From a bacterium (GTDB lineage Bacteria; Bdellovibrionota_C; UBA2361; CALJRW01): DNA of 64,000 bases. The DNA is taken from the NCBI GenBank assembly GCA_031385045.1, contig JANNBC010000011.1:17857-81856 (forward strand), given 5' to 3'. The position numbers and the translations under genes are program-made. The first letter of the stretch is position 1, and each line of letters opens with the position of its first letter. Below, piece by piece: positions 1 to 9,978 of the stretch. Under the pieces are notes generated by a model, which was not told where the DNA came from, ran no database searches, and worked only from the letters and a program-made list of their open reading frames with translations.

Positions 1-103
1 CTTTATCCTTAGGCTCTTTAATGTCGGCAGATGGCAGAGGCAGTTTTTGACAGGCAGAGAAAGTTAAGGCCAAAACTAAGAATAAATAGACTAGGGTTTT
101 CAT
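1..103 (-). CDS. Partial (5' end only) putative lipoprotein
   Basis: Not in ORF track. ATG at 103 reads MKTLVYLFLVLALTFSACQKLPLPSADIKEPKDK, open to the window edge: basic N-terminus, hydrophobic core and lipobox-like FSA-C. Confidence 0.7.
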   Translation of the reverse strand, partial: MKTLVYLFLVLALTFSACQKLPLPSADIKEPKDK

Positions 104-172
104 GGTATTTATGGATAAATAAGCCCTTAGATTATAGCATCGCTTGAAATTAGGTGCAATTCTAAGTAGAAA

Positions 173-358
173 TCAAATCAGACCTGCTTTTTCGCAAGCA
201 TCACGGAAGACAAAGTCTACAAATCTAGCCCGCTCTTCGCGTTTTTTTCTTTTTTCTTCAAGATAGGCAGGAAGGTTATCTAATACTTCAAGGACATCCC
301 ACATCCTAGAGTCCTCAAATTCAAATCCCAATTCTCTTAAACGCTTTACTTGACTCAT
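173..358 (-). CDS. Small hypothetical protein, probable partner (antitoxin-like) of the adjacent ATPase
   Basis: 61 aa, highly charged; start overlaps the stop of 355..915 (ATGA overlap). Confidence 0.55.
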   Translation of the reverse strand: MSQVKRLRELGFEFEDSRMWDVLEVLDNLPAYLEEKRKKREERARFVDFVFRDACEKAGLI

Positions 359-915
359 AATTCTTGAAATAAATTATATTTGATTTGATCAAAGACTATT
401 TCTTTTCCATTAGGCTTAGCTGCAATGATTATAGCAGAATTATTAGTATTATTAAATAACCACCAATTATCAACTAGCTTCTGGTAAATGGAACGGAAAT
501 TATTAAGAGATCTTGGAAAGCGACGCAGAATAGTATCACCTGGTATATTATGCCCTCCCTCTTTAACACGATTAGCTACTCTTTGAATTGCTAAATCAAC
601 TGATTCCACAAAAATAAAATAGATTTCTATATGATACCCCAATGTTCGTGCATCTTTAATCAATTTAATCCAAATCTTCCCAGAAAGAGTGGTTTCAAAA
701 GCAATATCTTGTTTTGCATCCAATAAATTACGAATAACTTTGATTAGAACACGCCCTGATTCTATTTCTGACTTAACTGAATTCCCTAAACCATTAGCAA
801 TTGTATCTGCATTTAAAAATGTTTTAATTTGACCATTTTTTTTCAAAACATCTGCCAAGGTAGATTTTCCACTACCATTTGGTCCTGCAAGAATAATTAA
901 TTTAGGAGGTGTCAT
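355..915 (-). CDS. Zeta-toxin-like P-loop ATPase/kinase (COG4185-like)
   Basis: Walker A AGPNGSGKST, NAD motif, FETTLSG, RVANRVKEGGHNIP...RRFPRSL, typical of this family. Confidence 0.8.
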   Translation of the reverse strand: MTPPKLIILAGPNGSGKSTLADVLKKNGQIKTFLNADTIANGLGNSVKSEIESGRVLIKVIRNLLDAKQDIAFETTLSGKIWIKLIKDARTLGYHIEIYFIFVESVDLAIQRVANRVKEGGHNIPGDTILRRFPRSLNNFRSIYQKLVDNWWLFNNTNNSAIIIAAKPNGKEIVFDQIKYNLFQEL

Positions 916-1105
916 TATTTAATTAGAATATAACTTTGAGGGAAGTGGCTCAAGGGGGAAGTTTGTTAGGTGTAAAAAAGTTATGTTTGAAAACTAAGTC
1001 CGCAGTCGCCTGAGGTTATTGAGAAATTTTGGAGCTTTATCGGGACATTCCGTCTTCGCCAGAAGTTATCAGGAAGAAGGAAATAATTAGAGGGCTTCGA
1101 CGTGA

Positions 1106-1150
1106 CACTTATTTTTACTTATTAGCCTATGGCTAATAAGTAAAAATAAG

Positions 1151-1152
<2 letters not shown>
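1106..1152. repeat. Perfect 22-bp inverted repeat (3-nt loop) abutting the tRNA 3' end; possible terminator
   Basis: cacttatttttacttattagcc-tat-ggctaataagtaaaaataagtg; the last 2 nt overlap the tRNA CCA. Confidence 0.85.
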
Positions 1153-1227
<75 letters not shown>

Positions 1228-1417
1228 CAAATATTGTAGATCATTCAAGAGTTTATAGCAAGTTTCATCAAAAATAACCGTGATTTTCGAAACTTCTGGG
1301 CAATTTAAATCGTGGTATAGCTAAGCTTAAATACCAAAAATAACATTCATTAGGAACTCATTTAAAAGCATCAAGCCTATATTAGTGCCAGCAAAATGGG
1401 TAATTTATTAGCTATGA

Positions 1418-2530
1418 TTGAAGCTCAAACGTTTCACTGTTACAATGATCAGACTTTATGAAGATAATTCCTTAGTGCCAGATTTAAATTTTGAACAAAA
1501 ATGGACCAACACTCCAAGTAGACTAATTATCTTACGTTCTAACGACCGTGAAGTTCAAATACTAGCGATTGCCGTCTCCGCCCTCTTCCATATAGTTTTA
1601 TTTTTTATAGTCTACCTTAACTTTACTGGTCTTTTTTCCAAAGAGACAGAAAGCCTAACCGAGAAAGTTTTAGAGGTAGAGCTTTTACCAGAGCTATTTA
1701 GTAAGAAAAAACAAATTGTCAGTGAATCCGAAAAAGTTAATCAGATTAAATCAGAACAAGCATTTAAAGAAGCAGAACAAAATAATTCTATTCTAGAAGA
1801 ATCAGTTAAGCGTGGAGATGGCGGGAAACCAATTGCTAAAACAATCACAAAACCAGTAACGATCCAAAAAGACCCTTCGCCAAAAACTACTCCAAAAGAA
1901 AAGCCTGCTAAACAAGTGGTAGAGAAAACTAAACCGAAAACAAATGAGCCAGGCAATAAAATAGTTCCAGAAATTAAATTAGAAAAAACTACATCTGCCT
2001 CTGATGCCTCTGAAGAAAAGATTGACCTACAAACTAAAACTCAGAATAATTTAAATTCCGCCCTAGCTGGGAATCTTTTTGCCGGACAAGGGGGGAGTCC
2101 TGATTTATTACCAAATGTTCGCGAAGGAGAAATCACTTTACTAAACACTAAAGCTTCTAAGTATGCTGTTTTTGTTAGGCGTGTTGCCCTACAAGTTTTT
2201 AACGAACTAAAAAATCGTGCTTGGAAACAATTAAATTTTGAAGAAATTCAAAGTATTATTGGGAATGCTACCGTCATTGCCAAGCTTGATCCAAAAGGTA
2301 ATTTACTAAGCGCTCAACTAATATCTAATTCGGGATCAAAGATTTTTAATGATCTAATCTATCTTGCGGTCAAAGATAAAGCCCGCGATCCACATCCACC
2401 AGAGTCGGCTTTAGTTGATGGTCAATTTCATTTTGTATTTCAAACCAAGATGACATCAGCAATGTCACCTGGTCGAAATGGTGGATACTCTGAAAGACGC
2501 TGGTTGGTGCTTAGTGTTGGGTTGGAATAA
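1418..2530 (+). CDS. TonB/TolA-like membrane-anchored protein
   Basis: Single N-terminal TM with SALFH (SxxxH motif), K/P/T-rich linker, C-terminal TonB_C-like domain (LDPKGNLLSAQLISNSGSKIFND). True start may be a downstream ATG. Confidence 0.7.
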   Translation: MKLKRFTVTMIRLYEDNSLVPDLNFEQKWTNTPSRLIILRSNDREVQILAIAVSALFHIVLFFIVYLNFTGLFSKETESLTEKVLEVELLPELFSKKKQIVSESEKVNQIKSEQAFKEAEQNNSILEESVKRGDGGKPIAKTITKPVTIQKDPSPKTTPKEKPAKQVVEKTKPKTNEPGNKIVPEIKLEKTTSASDASEEKIDLQTKTQNNLNSALAGNLFAGQGGSPDLLPNVREGEITLLNTKASKYAVFVRRVALQVFNELKNRAWKQLNFEEIQSIIGNATVIAKLDPKGNLLSAQLISNSGSKIFNDLIYLAVKDKARDPHPPESALVDGQFHFVFQTKMTSAMSPGRNGGYSERRWLVLSVGLE

Positions 2531-2573
2531 TCAATAGATTAGCTATAATACTAAAAAATATTTAAAAATATAA

Positions 2574-5500
2574 TTAGAATTCAGGCTTTAATTTCTTCAA
2601 CTCATTCATAGCATTTTCGGCGCCATCTTTAGCCATCTTTGTTGGGCTAAAACTAATTGGCTGCGCAGTGATTTGTCCATTCACAGCTTTATCTAAATCT
2701 GCACCATTTGATGATTTTGATAAAGTCTGACCTGCACCTGCTAAAGCAACCAACCCCTTCCCTGGATCTTTAGTAGCTATAGCTTCCCCTCCTAACAAGC
2801 CAGCAGTTTGAGTTACAGCACCTTGCAACCGCTGATGATTACCTTTTAGATCTAAGGTACTACCAGTATTGGCCTGATAATTAGTTGAAGCATAAGAAAC
2901 TGCAGGTGATAATGCGCTAACTTGCCCACCCAATTCAGACATAAATCCATTACTTGGATAGCTAAAGGCTTTATCATAACTAGAACCTAACATTCCTCCA
3001 GCACCAATTAACTCTAAGTCTTTTGGTTTATCTTTTGGATCAAATGCTCCAGCAACAACTCCACGAGCCGCCATCATGCCCGACATGTGATTACTAAACT
3101 TAGCTCCTTGACTATAACTCTGTTCCCGCATGCCAAAGTTAGCTTGTTGAGTAAGTCGTCCACCCATTTCATTGGAAGCACGAGCTTGTTGTCCCATGAC
3201 AAGTTGTCCCATCGAAGATTGAATATTGGCATCCCTGGAAGCTTGCTTAGAATCAAGAACTCCTGTCTGTCGATCTTTTTCCCAGTCTGCTCTTTGAGCT
3301 GCAACATCCGCTGACTCAATTCCAAGTTTTCCTTGTTGATTCTGAACGGCGGCACGATAAAGTGCAGGAGCACCTTTTTTGGTCAAATCAGCTGCCTTAC
3401 CACCAAGACCTTTCATGGTCTCTACCATAGAAGGATCTCCAGGTGCCCCCGCTCCGCTTGTTCCAGGGGCACTCTGTGATGAATTTGGCGAAGCTGAACC
3501 AGGAGCTGCTGGGGCTGTTTTTGCTAACTGTGTTACTTCATCAAAAGCCATAGCTGCTTTCATTGAACCCATTACAGATTCCGCTCCCGCTTTACTCTTA
3601 TCAAACTGGGCAATCTTAGCCGCGTTTCCAATTTCTCCAAATTGTTTCCCATCAGGAATACTTTGACTACCTTGATCAAATAAACTGCTTCGTGTCCCCA
3701 GTGCAGAACTCCGCATTTCTAAGCCCATCGCACTATTCTTAGATTGTAAAGCTCTTAAAGCTAAGCCTTCCTGACGAGCACCTTTCGCATTAAATGTCTG
3801 CTCTGCAGCCATGTTGTTCATTGTACCATGACGAGTCTCTTCGGCAATGGCACCTGACCTAGCAGCCGATCCACCCTCAGATGAAACCCCACCAATCCCT
3901 TCTTTAACCATGTTGGACATACCAGATTTAGCACCTAGTAATAATTGTCCAGTTACTGCCGGCACTGCGAAATAAAGAGCTGACATTAAGTAAATGTAAT
4001 AGGCATTTACAAGATCATGGTTTAGAGAACGAGAAAGAATTAATCCGCGATCAAATAAATCTAAAGCAGTACCTTCTGTTAAACGTAGACCTTGAAGAAT
4101 AGAAGTAGCCTTTCCATCAGGACCAAAAACAAAATCTACAGAGTTAGTAGTGTTTACATCATTTGGAAAATCTAACTTTAAAATACTATAGTTTAAAGAA
4201 GCTACGTTATTAGAGTTACCAAGATTTGCCCAAATAGATTTTTCAATATTTTGAATCACAGCAAAGCCTGCATCCCAACTCTTGGCCCAAACATAAAAAC
4301 TAGACCAAGTAATCATCCACTTCCACCAACCAGGAACTAGTACCATGACACAGGCGAGTGGGTAACCAATCGAAAGAAGATAAAGAATCATCCCTTGAAC
4401 GTGTGGTAACATTTTTGCCCAAGTATAAACCTCGGCAAACTTATTTTTAGAGTTAGTTGTTCTACTAAACTCTTCCGCGTAATTGGCACTTCGATCTGAT
4501 GGTAATAAATTTTGATCAGCAAGTTGTGGTGCCAGTGCAAACTCATTGCGAATCATATAAGCCATAATCATATGCAACATGAATTGCTGTCTTTGCGAAG
4601 CTGTGGCAATTGGCTCTTCAGTACCATCAGACTTTAAAAATTCCCAATCATAGGTAAATACAAAATCCATCACATCAGTTTTTATAACTTCATTCTTCAC
4701 AGAATCAGCAGCCACAGGTAGGTCTAAAGAAGTTCGTAAATTAATGTAATGCAATGCTGATTCCCATCGAATCCCAGTCATCAACATCCATAGCCAATCA
4801 TCACAGGTAATAGTTGTCGCTTGAAATTGCACATCGGCAGAACTTGGCGCTGTGTTGTTATCGCTAAAAGCAAATTGTTGAAAACCTGGGTTGGCTAAAT
4901 CATTAGTCTTCTTATTGAGTAATTGCTTATAGGCATAAGGAGTTGGAATTCTAATCTTATTTAACTCGCACAGTAACTTATCTTTATCATTACCAGAACT
5001 ACAATCAGTAGAAATGCTTGTACCAGAATTGGTAATTGTGTCAGGAGTTCCAGTAAATAAAGTTTTAGGTAAATTAAGTCCATTGGAACTTGAAGCTTTA
5101 ATAAAAGCCCCCTTATTTAAGTATTCACTCATTTTATCACCGCACTCACTGGACATATACTGAACCAGTAATTCTCGGAGCTCATTATTGGTAATCTTAG
5201 CACCAGTAATATTTTCCATTAACTCCCACTTCTCAGTGCTTAATAGTGGCCAGTTTGTGGTTTGTGTTGGTGCAGAGTTCTGGTGACGATCTTTAGGTAA
5301 CTCCCCTCTAATCCCCATTAATCCCACAACGTTCTGTATTACCTCGCTAGAAACTTCATCGATTTTGGTAAAAAACCAAGGAACATAAATAGCATAACTT
5401 GCTCCTGTTTTTTGATAGTCAGGAGTAATCGCTCCAGAAGCAGTACTACTAATAATTGGGTTATTAAGTCCCGTGTAGGCAAGTTCCCAAACTACTCTTT

Positions 5501-5963
5501 GATCCTGCCTCTCTCCCCCAATCTCCCAAGCAACACCGTGACGCTCGACAATGTTAAAGAGCAAGAAATACATAATTCCTGGGCCGGCTGCAAACCAACC
5601 GTACATCTTAGGTGGCTGACCAAGAGCCATCATAATAACTGCTATGAAAAAACTTAGCATGAAGATAAAAGCACCGATTGTTTTAAGGTAGGAAGCATCG
5701 CCACCCATTGGACTACTGTTTGCAGTTCCCAACTGATCTAATCCACCAAATTTTTGAAGCAATGCACCAAGAGTCCAATAACCCATCGTGGCATAAGAAG
5801 CAGTAATAGGATTTGTAGCAGAAGAACAATATTGTCCCCAGGCAAGGTGGCCGTCCGCATCTGGCGTACAGCGAGTTGTAATTACAGGTTGGGCATAGGC
5901 AGATCCAGCTACCCCAAAAACAATTACTAATAGAAAAAACCCTGTTAAAATCCTTTTAATCAT
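2574..5963 (-). CDS. traG: TraG-like mating-pair stabilisation protein (TraG_N domain plus long Gly/Ala/Ser-rich tail)
   Basis: N-terminal TM segments, VPWFF...SSEV motif, periplasmic Cys, then AKMLPHVQGMILYLLSIGYPL...YVWAKSWDAGFAVI resembling the F-type TraG membrane block; low-complexity C-terminal ~450 aa. Confidence 0.7.
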   Translation of the reverse strand: MIKRILTGFFLLVIVFGVAGSAYAQPVITTRCTPDADGHLAWGQYCSSATNPITASYATMGYWTLGALLQKFGGLDQLGTANSSPMGGDASYLKTIGAFIFMLSFFIAVIMMALGQPPKMYGWFAAGPGIMYFLLFNIVERHGVAWEIGGERQDQRVVWELAYTGLNNPIISSTASGAITPDYQKTGASYAIYVPWFFTKIDEVSSEVIQNVVGLMGIRGELPKDRHQNSAPTQTTNWPLLSTEKWELMENITGAKITNNELRELLVQYMSSECGDKMSEYLNKGAFIKASSSNGLNLPKTLFTGTPDTITNSGTSISTDCSSGNDKDKLLCELNKIRIPTPYAYKQLLNKKTNDLANPGFQQFAFSDNNTAPSSADVQFQATTITCDDWLWMLMTGIRWESALHYINLRTSLDLPVAADSVKNEVIKTDVMDFVFTYDWEFLKSDGTEEPIATASQRQQFMLHMIMAYMIRNEFALAPQLADQNLLPSDRSANYAEEFSRTTNSKNKFAEVYTWAKMLPHVQGMILYLLSIGYPLACVMVLVPGWWKWMITWSSFYVWAKSWDAGFAVIQNIEKSIWANLGNSNNVASLNYSILKLDFPNDVNTTNSVDFVFGPDGKATSILQGLRLTEGTALDLFDRGLILSRSLNHDLVNAYYIYLMSALYFAVPAVTGQLLLGAKSGMSNMVKEGIGGVSSEGGSAARSGAIAEETRHGTMNNMAAEQTFNAKGARQEGLALRALQSKNSAMGLEMRSSALGTRSSLFDQGSQSIPDGKQFGEIGNAAKIAQFDKSKAGAESVMGSMKAAMAFDEVTQLAKTAPAAPGSASPNSSQSAPGTSGAGAPGDPSMVETMKGLGGKAADLTKKGAPALYRAAVQNQQGKLGIESADVAAQRADWEKDRQTGVLDSKQASRDANIQSSMGQLVMGQQARASNEMGGRLTQQANFGMREQSYSQGAKFSNHMSGMMAARGVVAGAFDPKDKPKDLELIGAGGMLGSSYDKAFSYPSNGFMSELGGQVSALSPAVSYASTNYQANTGSTLDLKGNHQRLQGAVTQTAGLLGGEAIATKDPGKGLVALAGAGQTLSKSSNGADLDKAVNGQITAQPISFSPTKMAKDGAENAMNELKKLKPEF

Positions 5964-5971
5964 TATTCCTG

Positions 5972-6922
5972 CTATCTTTTTACATACTCCGGTTCTTTAT
6001 AATTCTTAACTCTTTCGTTCACTGCTTCATGCATTGCCAGAATACTTTTAGCAATATTTAACTGCGTAGCTTGTAGATCTGATAATTTACCTTCAGTACT
6101 TTCATTTAATTGACTTAACAAGACTTGTAGTGCTTCGCGCTGATCTTCATTAAAGGTTCCAATTGCAGTATTCACCAGTCCCGCATAATTATAAATAATT
6201 CCTAGAGCATGATAATAGGCAATATTAGTTACAAAGATAAAGTAATAATTAGAATAACTAAAAGCATCTCGTTGTGCGTCAGTTAACTCTCCTGTTGGGC
6301 TTCCATAAATCTTCCAAAATTCCGAATATGGCTTAGGACTTTTAAATGCCTCACAGGATAACTCTTTAGTAAAAGTTCGATAAAGTTTTAAGAATGACTG
6401 GGCCGCAAACTCAGTAAATTTAACATCAGGGATTGAAAGTAGATTATATTTAGCAGCAAGTGCCTCTTGATTATTAAAATATGTATCACTTCCCTCTTTT
6501 AACTTATCGGGAGTAGAGTTAGCTTCCCCTGTGCAAATTTTTTCTAAAACCTCCGATAAGGCTTTCCACTTAGCAGTTGCTAACTCACAAGTTAAAGTAG
6601 TAACTGCTTTTTGGCCTTCAGCCTTACAGTCATCAACCGTAGATCCTGTAGGCTCCACTCGTTTCGTAGTCCACTCTACCTCAGTTTCAGCATTACCAGT
6701 CCGTTCAACTGTTACATCCCCAAAATACTTTTTATATTCCTCCTTAAAGTCATTTAATTTATCCTGAGGAAAAGTAGTAATTAGAGAATTGGCACAAAAG
6801 GTCACATCAACAAGGGAAATCTTTTTCTTGCCTGTAAAATTACAATCTTGGGCATACAAGATATTTGTAAAAAGTATTAATATTGCTAAGAAAAAGCTTT
6901 TTTCTAAAACCTTTAGATTCAT
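5972..6922 (-). CDS. Secreted hypothetical protein, possibly TraH C-terminal-like
   Basis: Signal peptide (…TNILYA-QD), 6 Cys, helical C-terminus; lies between traF-like and traG-like genes. Confidence 0.5.
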   Translation of the reverse strand: MNLKVLEKSFFLAILILFTNILYAQDCNFTGKKKISLVDVTFCANSLITTFPQDKLNDFKEEYKKYFGDVTVERTGNAETEVEWTTKRVEPTGSTVDDCKAEGQKAVTTLTCELATAKWKALSEVLEKICTGEANSTPDKLKEGSDTYFNNQEALAAKYNLLSIPDVKFTEFAAQSFLKLYRTFTKELSCEAFKSPKPYSEFWKIYGSPTGELTDAQRDAFSYSNYYFIFVTNIAYYHALGIIYNYAGLVNTAIGTFNEDQREALQVLLSQLNESTEGKLSDLQATQLNIAKSILAMHEAVNERVKNYKEPEYVKR

Positions 6923-6924
6923 GA

Positions 6925-7584
6925 CTAATTGTTTACAAATAAATTGTTCATACCAGCAGCATCTCCATCCGCACGTCGCTTAGGCGTCTCTTCTTGCTTG
7001 GAATCTTCTGCGTCTTTACTCGATAAACAAGAATCAACAATTAATCCAACATCATGAGATTTATTAGCAGTAGCTTTATCAGTAATACACTTACTTAATT
7101 CAGCAAGTAATTGTTTTGCTGGTTGAGAACCAGAATTCTTAGCAACTTCGGCAACAAGTTGATAAGTGCTCATGGATCGCTCCATTTGTTGATTACTAAA
7201 TTCATTGGCCGCTTGTAGCCCTGCTAAAACTGCCGGCTCTGTCATGGCCACACCAGTCATATAAAGTGTCACTTGTCCTTTAAGACCCAAGTTTAATAAA
7301 TCAACACTTCCTTTATGACTCATAGAATCTACATAACCCTGATACGATCCAACTCGTAAATTCTTATTTTTAATTGGGGCAGGTGCAGCGCCAGCTCCAT
7401 CGCCACCATCGCTCGGAACTCGAGGCACAAGCACAGGGGGAAGAAAGTTATCTCCAATCGCAGTATTTGTCGGCCCCAATGATTCATTTGCTTTATACAT
7501 TAATGGGGTACTATCCTCTGCTTGAACGATACCCTGACTGCAAATCATTAAGCCTGCAATTAAAACTAGCAATCCCTTTCTCAT
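6925..7584 (-). CDS. Secreted hypothetical protein, possibly TraH N-terminal-like
   Basis: Signal peptide (…GIVQA-ED); segment YMTGVAMTEPAVLAGLQAANEFSNQQ; coupled to both neighbours. Confidence 0.5.
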   Translation of the reverse strand: MRKGLLVLIAGLMICSQGIVQAEDSTPLMYKANESLGPTNTAIGDNFLPPVLVPRVPSDGGDGAGAAPAPIKNKNLRVGSYQGYVDSMSHKGSVDLLNLGLKGQVTLYMTGVAMTEPAVLAGLQAANEFSNQQMERSMSTYQLVAEVAKNSGSQPAKQLLAELSKCITDKATANKSHDVGLIVDSCLSSKDAEDSKQEETPKRRADGDAAGMNNLFVNN

Positions 7585-8654
7585 TTGCCTCTCACAATTT
7601 TAAACATTTCATCCAAGTAATTAGCGCTAACAACATCATTTATTTGATAAAACTTCCCAGAGCTAGAATCGACAACCATAATTGTTGGCGCACTAGTAAT
7701 ATTTAATTTCTGAGCTAACTCTTTAGATGCCAAAGTCGTGAACTTCGCTCCGGTTCTTTTCTGGAAATTAGCTAACGCCCCGTCCGATACGTCATCTAAT
7801 GAGAATCCTAGGATATTTAACTCGTCACTATCATCTAACTTAGCAAACACTGTTTGTAATGCGGTAGCTAAGTCAATTGATTTTTGATCGGTTGTCTTAA
7901 AAAAGAAGTAAACATCTACCTGACCAGTTGGAAGATAAGGAACCTTACCAGTAAGTTCTGATCTAGCTTGAGCTCGCTCGGCTTGTGCAATATCTCTTTT
8001 CTCTTCCGGGGATCCAGAGAATAAATCATTATCTTTGCGCTTAGCTTTTTTTAGTAACTCTTGAGCATCAACTGCCAAGCGACCCACTTGGTTTTCAACT
8101 TTAGGCTGCTCGTCAATAAACTGCATTAAGTCAGGATTATTATTAATTTCTGACTTAACCCAACCATCGGCTGGAATTGCTCCCGTTTTATACATGGCTA
8201 AACCATGAATGGAGGCAGCATCTTTGTTGATCTTCTCTAGTGCTTCAATATAGTTTTGGTACTGAACAGCATATTCAAAAGCTAATTTCTTATCCCCGAC
8301 CTTCAAAGCTTCAATCATTGCTTGGAAAGGTTTTGGAGCATCTTTAATCGCCTTTACTTCGTGAGGTAGTTTTGGATCGCCATACTCGGCAATAATTTTT
8401 TCTTGAGGAGTTTCAGGTTGTTTAGGAGTAGAATCGGCTTTTTCAGCATTGGGAAGAAGATCACTTGGTTCTTCTTTATAATAGGCTTTCTCAATTTTTA
8501 GCTGTTTACCAAAAATATTTCGAACATCTCTTTCCTGCCCAGGGAAAAAAGATTGTGAGTCAGCCTGGCAATTAAGACTTGCTATAGCTACTTGAGTAAC
8601 TACTAAACAAAGTCCTAAATATTTAAATTTACTAAACATTTTTCTAATACCCAC
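7581..8654 (-). CDS. TraF-like periplasmic thioredoxin-fold protein lacking CxxC
   Basis: Signal peptide, helical middle, C-terminal VYFFFK…ILGFSLD…LNITSAPTIMVVD thioredoxin-like pattern as in TraF/TrbB. Confidence 0.6.
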   Translation of the reverse strand: MGIRKMFSKFKYLGLCLVVTQVAIASLNCQADSQSFFPGQERDVRNIFGKQLKIEKAYYKEEPSDLLPNAEKADSTPKQPETPQEKIIAEYGDPKLPHEVKAIKDAPKPFQAMIEALKVGDKKLAFEYAVQYQNYIEALEKINKDAASIHGLAMYKTGAIPADGWVKSEINNNPDLMQFIDEQPKVENQVGRLAVDAQELLKKAKRKDNDLFSGSPEEKRDIAQAERAQARSELTGKVPYLPTGQVDVYFFFKTTDQKSIDLATALQTVFAKLDDSDELNILGFSLDDVSDGALANFQKRTGAKFTTLASKELAQKLNITSAPTIMVVDSSSGKFYQINDVVSANYLDEMFKIVRGK

Positions 8655-8758
8655 TTCCCAAAAACTGCCTCTACATATTTCATATCGTACTAAAACATTG
8701 AAATGCTTCAGCTAAATCACGATATTTTCTTTAAAATCGATCAAATAGTTAATGGCAA

Positions 8759-9160
8759 TTACGGCTCTAAAATTTTATTATAACTATCAAAAATAGCTTT
8801 ATACTGATCCACAATGGCATTATCAGCTAATGGATTATCACTACTAGCACCCTTTTTCTTAGTGCTAAGCGAAGATTGTAACTTTTTCTCAGTTCTTTTT
8901 GGCATAGTTTTAGCCAATTCTAAGTCAACAATCGGACTCTTCCACTCATTAGTCTCTTCACAGGTCTCAACAACTAAGTCATCAACATTCTTTAAAGGCG
9001 AAATATACTTATTCCCCCCATTTCCACAGTAAACTGAAGATGCCACCAGCTCGCAGTCCTCCCCTTGCTTAGTGCTATAAACACCATTTTTACAGTTCCA
9101 AACCTCAGCATCAGCCAAAGATGTTATAATTAATAATAACAATAAGTTAACTCGCACCAT
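8759..9160 (-). CDS. Small secreted Cys-containing hypothetical protein
   Basis: ORF track 8759..9181; ATG at 9160 gives a clean signal peptide MVRVNLLLLLIITSLADA; 4 Cys. Confidence 0.6.
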   Translation of the reverse strand: MVRVNLLLLLIITSLADAEVWNCKNGVYSTKQGEDCELVASSVYCGNGGNKYISPLKNVDDLVVETCEETNEWKSPIVDLELAKTMPKRTEKKLQSSLSTKKKGASSDNPLADNAIVDQYKAIFDSYNKILEP

Positions 9161-9265
9161 AGAAAGACTATCGGCTAACAAAGCAAACTTAATTAGAAAT
9201 TTTCGCAGCTTAAAACAATTAATTTATCAAGCTCACGATAAACTAGAATTAGTATTCAAAAAATT

Positions 9266-9294
9266 TTGACATATATATGTTTAATATATATGCT
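9266..9294 (+). promoter_or_regulatory. Sigma70-type promoter of the vapBC pair (likely leaderless)
   Basis: TTGACA(9266)-17 bp-TATGCT(9289), ATG 7 nt later at 9302; palindromic catatatatg overlaps the spacer. Confidence 0.6.
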
Positions 9295-9301
9295 TAAACA
9301 T

Positions 9302-9550
9302 ATGAAAAGAACTTCCCTCATGTTAGATGATAATTTACTAGAAGAAATCCGAGCTCTGGCTCAACAAGAAGGGCGAACCTTAAAAGATCAAATTCAATTA
9401 ATACTAAGAGAAGGAATTAGAAATATGCCTAGTGCCGAGAAAAAAAATTTTAAACTTAAACTCCCAAGAACAATGGGAAAATTAATTTCAGAAGTTGATA
9501 TAAGTAATCGAGATCAATTATTTAATATCTTTGATCAGAAATCTAAATGA
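9302..9550 (+). CDS. vapB: VapB-like ribbon-helix-helix antitoxin
   Basis: MKRTSLMLDDNLLEEIRALAQQEGRTLK RHH pattern; overlaps vapC start. The ORF-track TTG start at 9266 is the -35 box. Confidence 0.8.
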   Translation: MKRTSLMLDDNLLEEIRALAQQEGRTLKDQIQLILREGIRNMPSAEKKNFKLKLPRTMGKLISEVDISNRDQLFNIFDQKSK

Positions 9551-9978
9551 TTGCAGTTGATACAAATATTTTGGTATATGCGACTCGCCAGGAATTTCCT
9601 CAGCATCAGATTGCCTATGAACTTTTAGTGGACCTAGCTGAGGGCAACAGTCTTTGGGCAATCACCTGGCCTTCAATTTATGAATTCAGTCGAGTACTAA
9701 CTCATCATAATTTGGTGAATCCTCCCGCCAGTACCAATGAAATATTTTTAATAATTGAAAGCTTACTTAAATCCCCAAGCCTTAGAGTCTTATCACATGG
9801 CACTAATCATCAACAAACAATGCTAGCAGAAACTAAAAATACATTCGCTAAGGGAAATTTTTTCTTTGACTTACAAATCGCCTCGATTCTTAAGGAGCAT
9901 GGAGTAAAAGAAATTATTACAGCTGACAGTGATTTTTTAAAATTCTCTTGGTTAAAAGTCACGAATCCGTTTCTCTAG
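9547..9978 (+). CDS. vapC: VapC PIN-domain toxin
   Basis: MIAVDTNILVYA, conserved E (SIYEF), FDLQIA, ITADSDF acidic PIN residues. Confidence 0.9.
   Translation: MIAVDTNILVYATRQEFPQHQIAYELLVDLAEGNSLWAITWPSIYEFSRVLTHHNLVNPPASTNEIFLIIESLLKSPSLRVLSHGTNHQQTMLAETKNTFAKGNFFFDLQIASILKEHGVKEIITADSDFLKFSWLKVTNPFL

Noticed and set aside
8682..9195. Sigma-28-like promoter elements (GCCGATAG at 9175-9168, TACGATAT at 8689-8682, minus strand)
   Set aside because: The -35 matches and spacing are poor, so support is insufficient.
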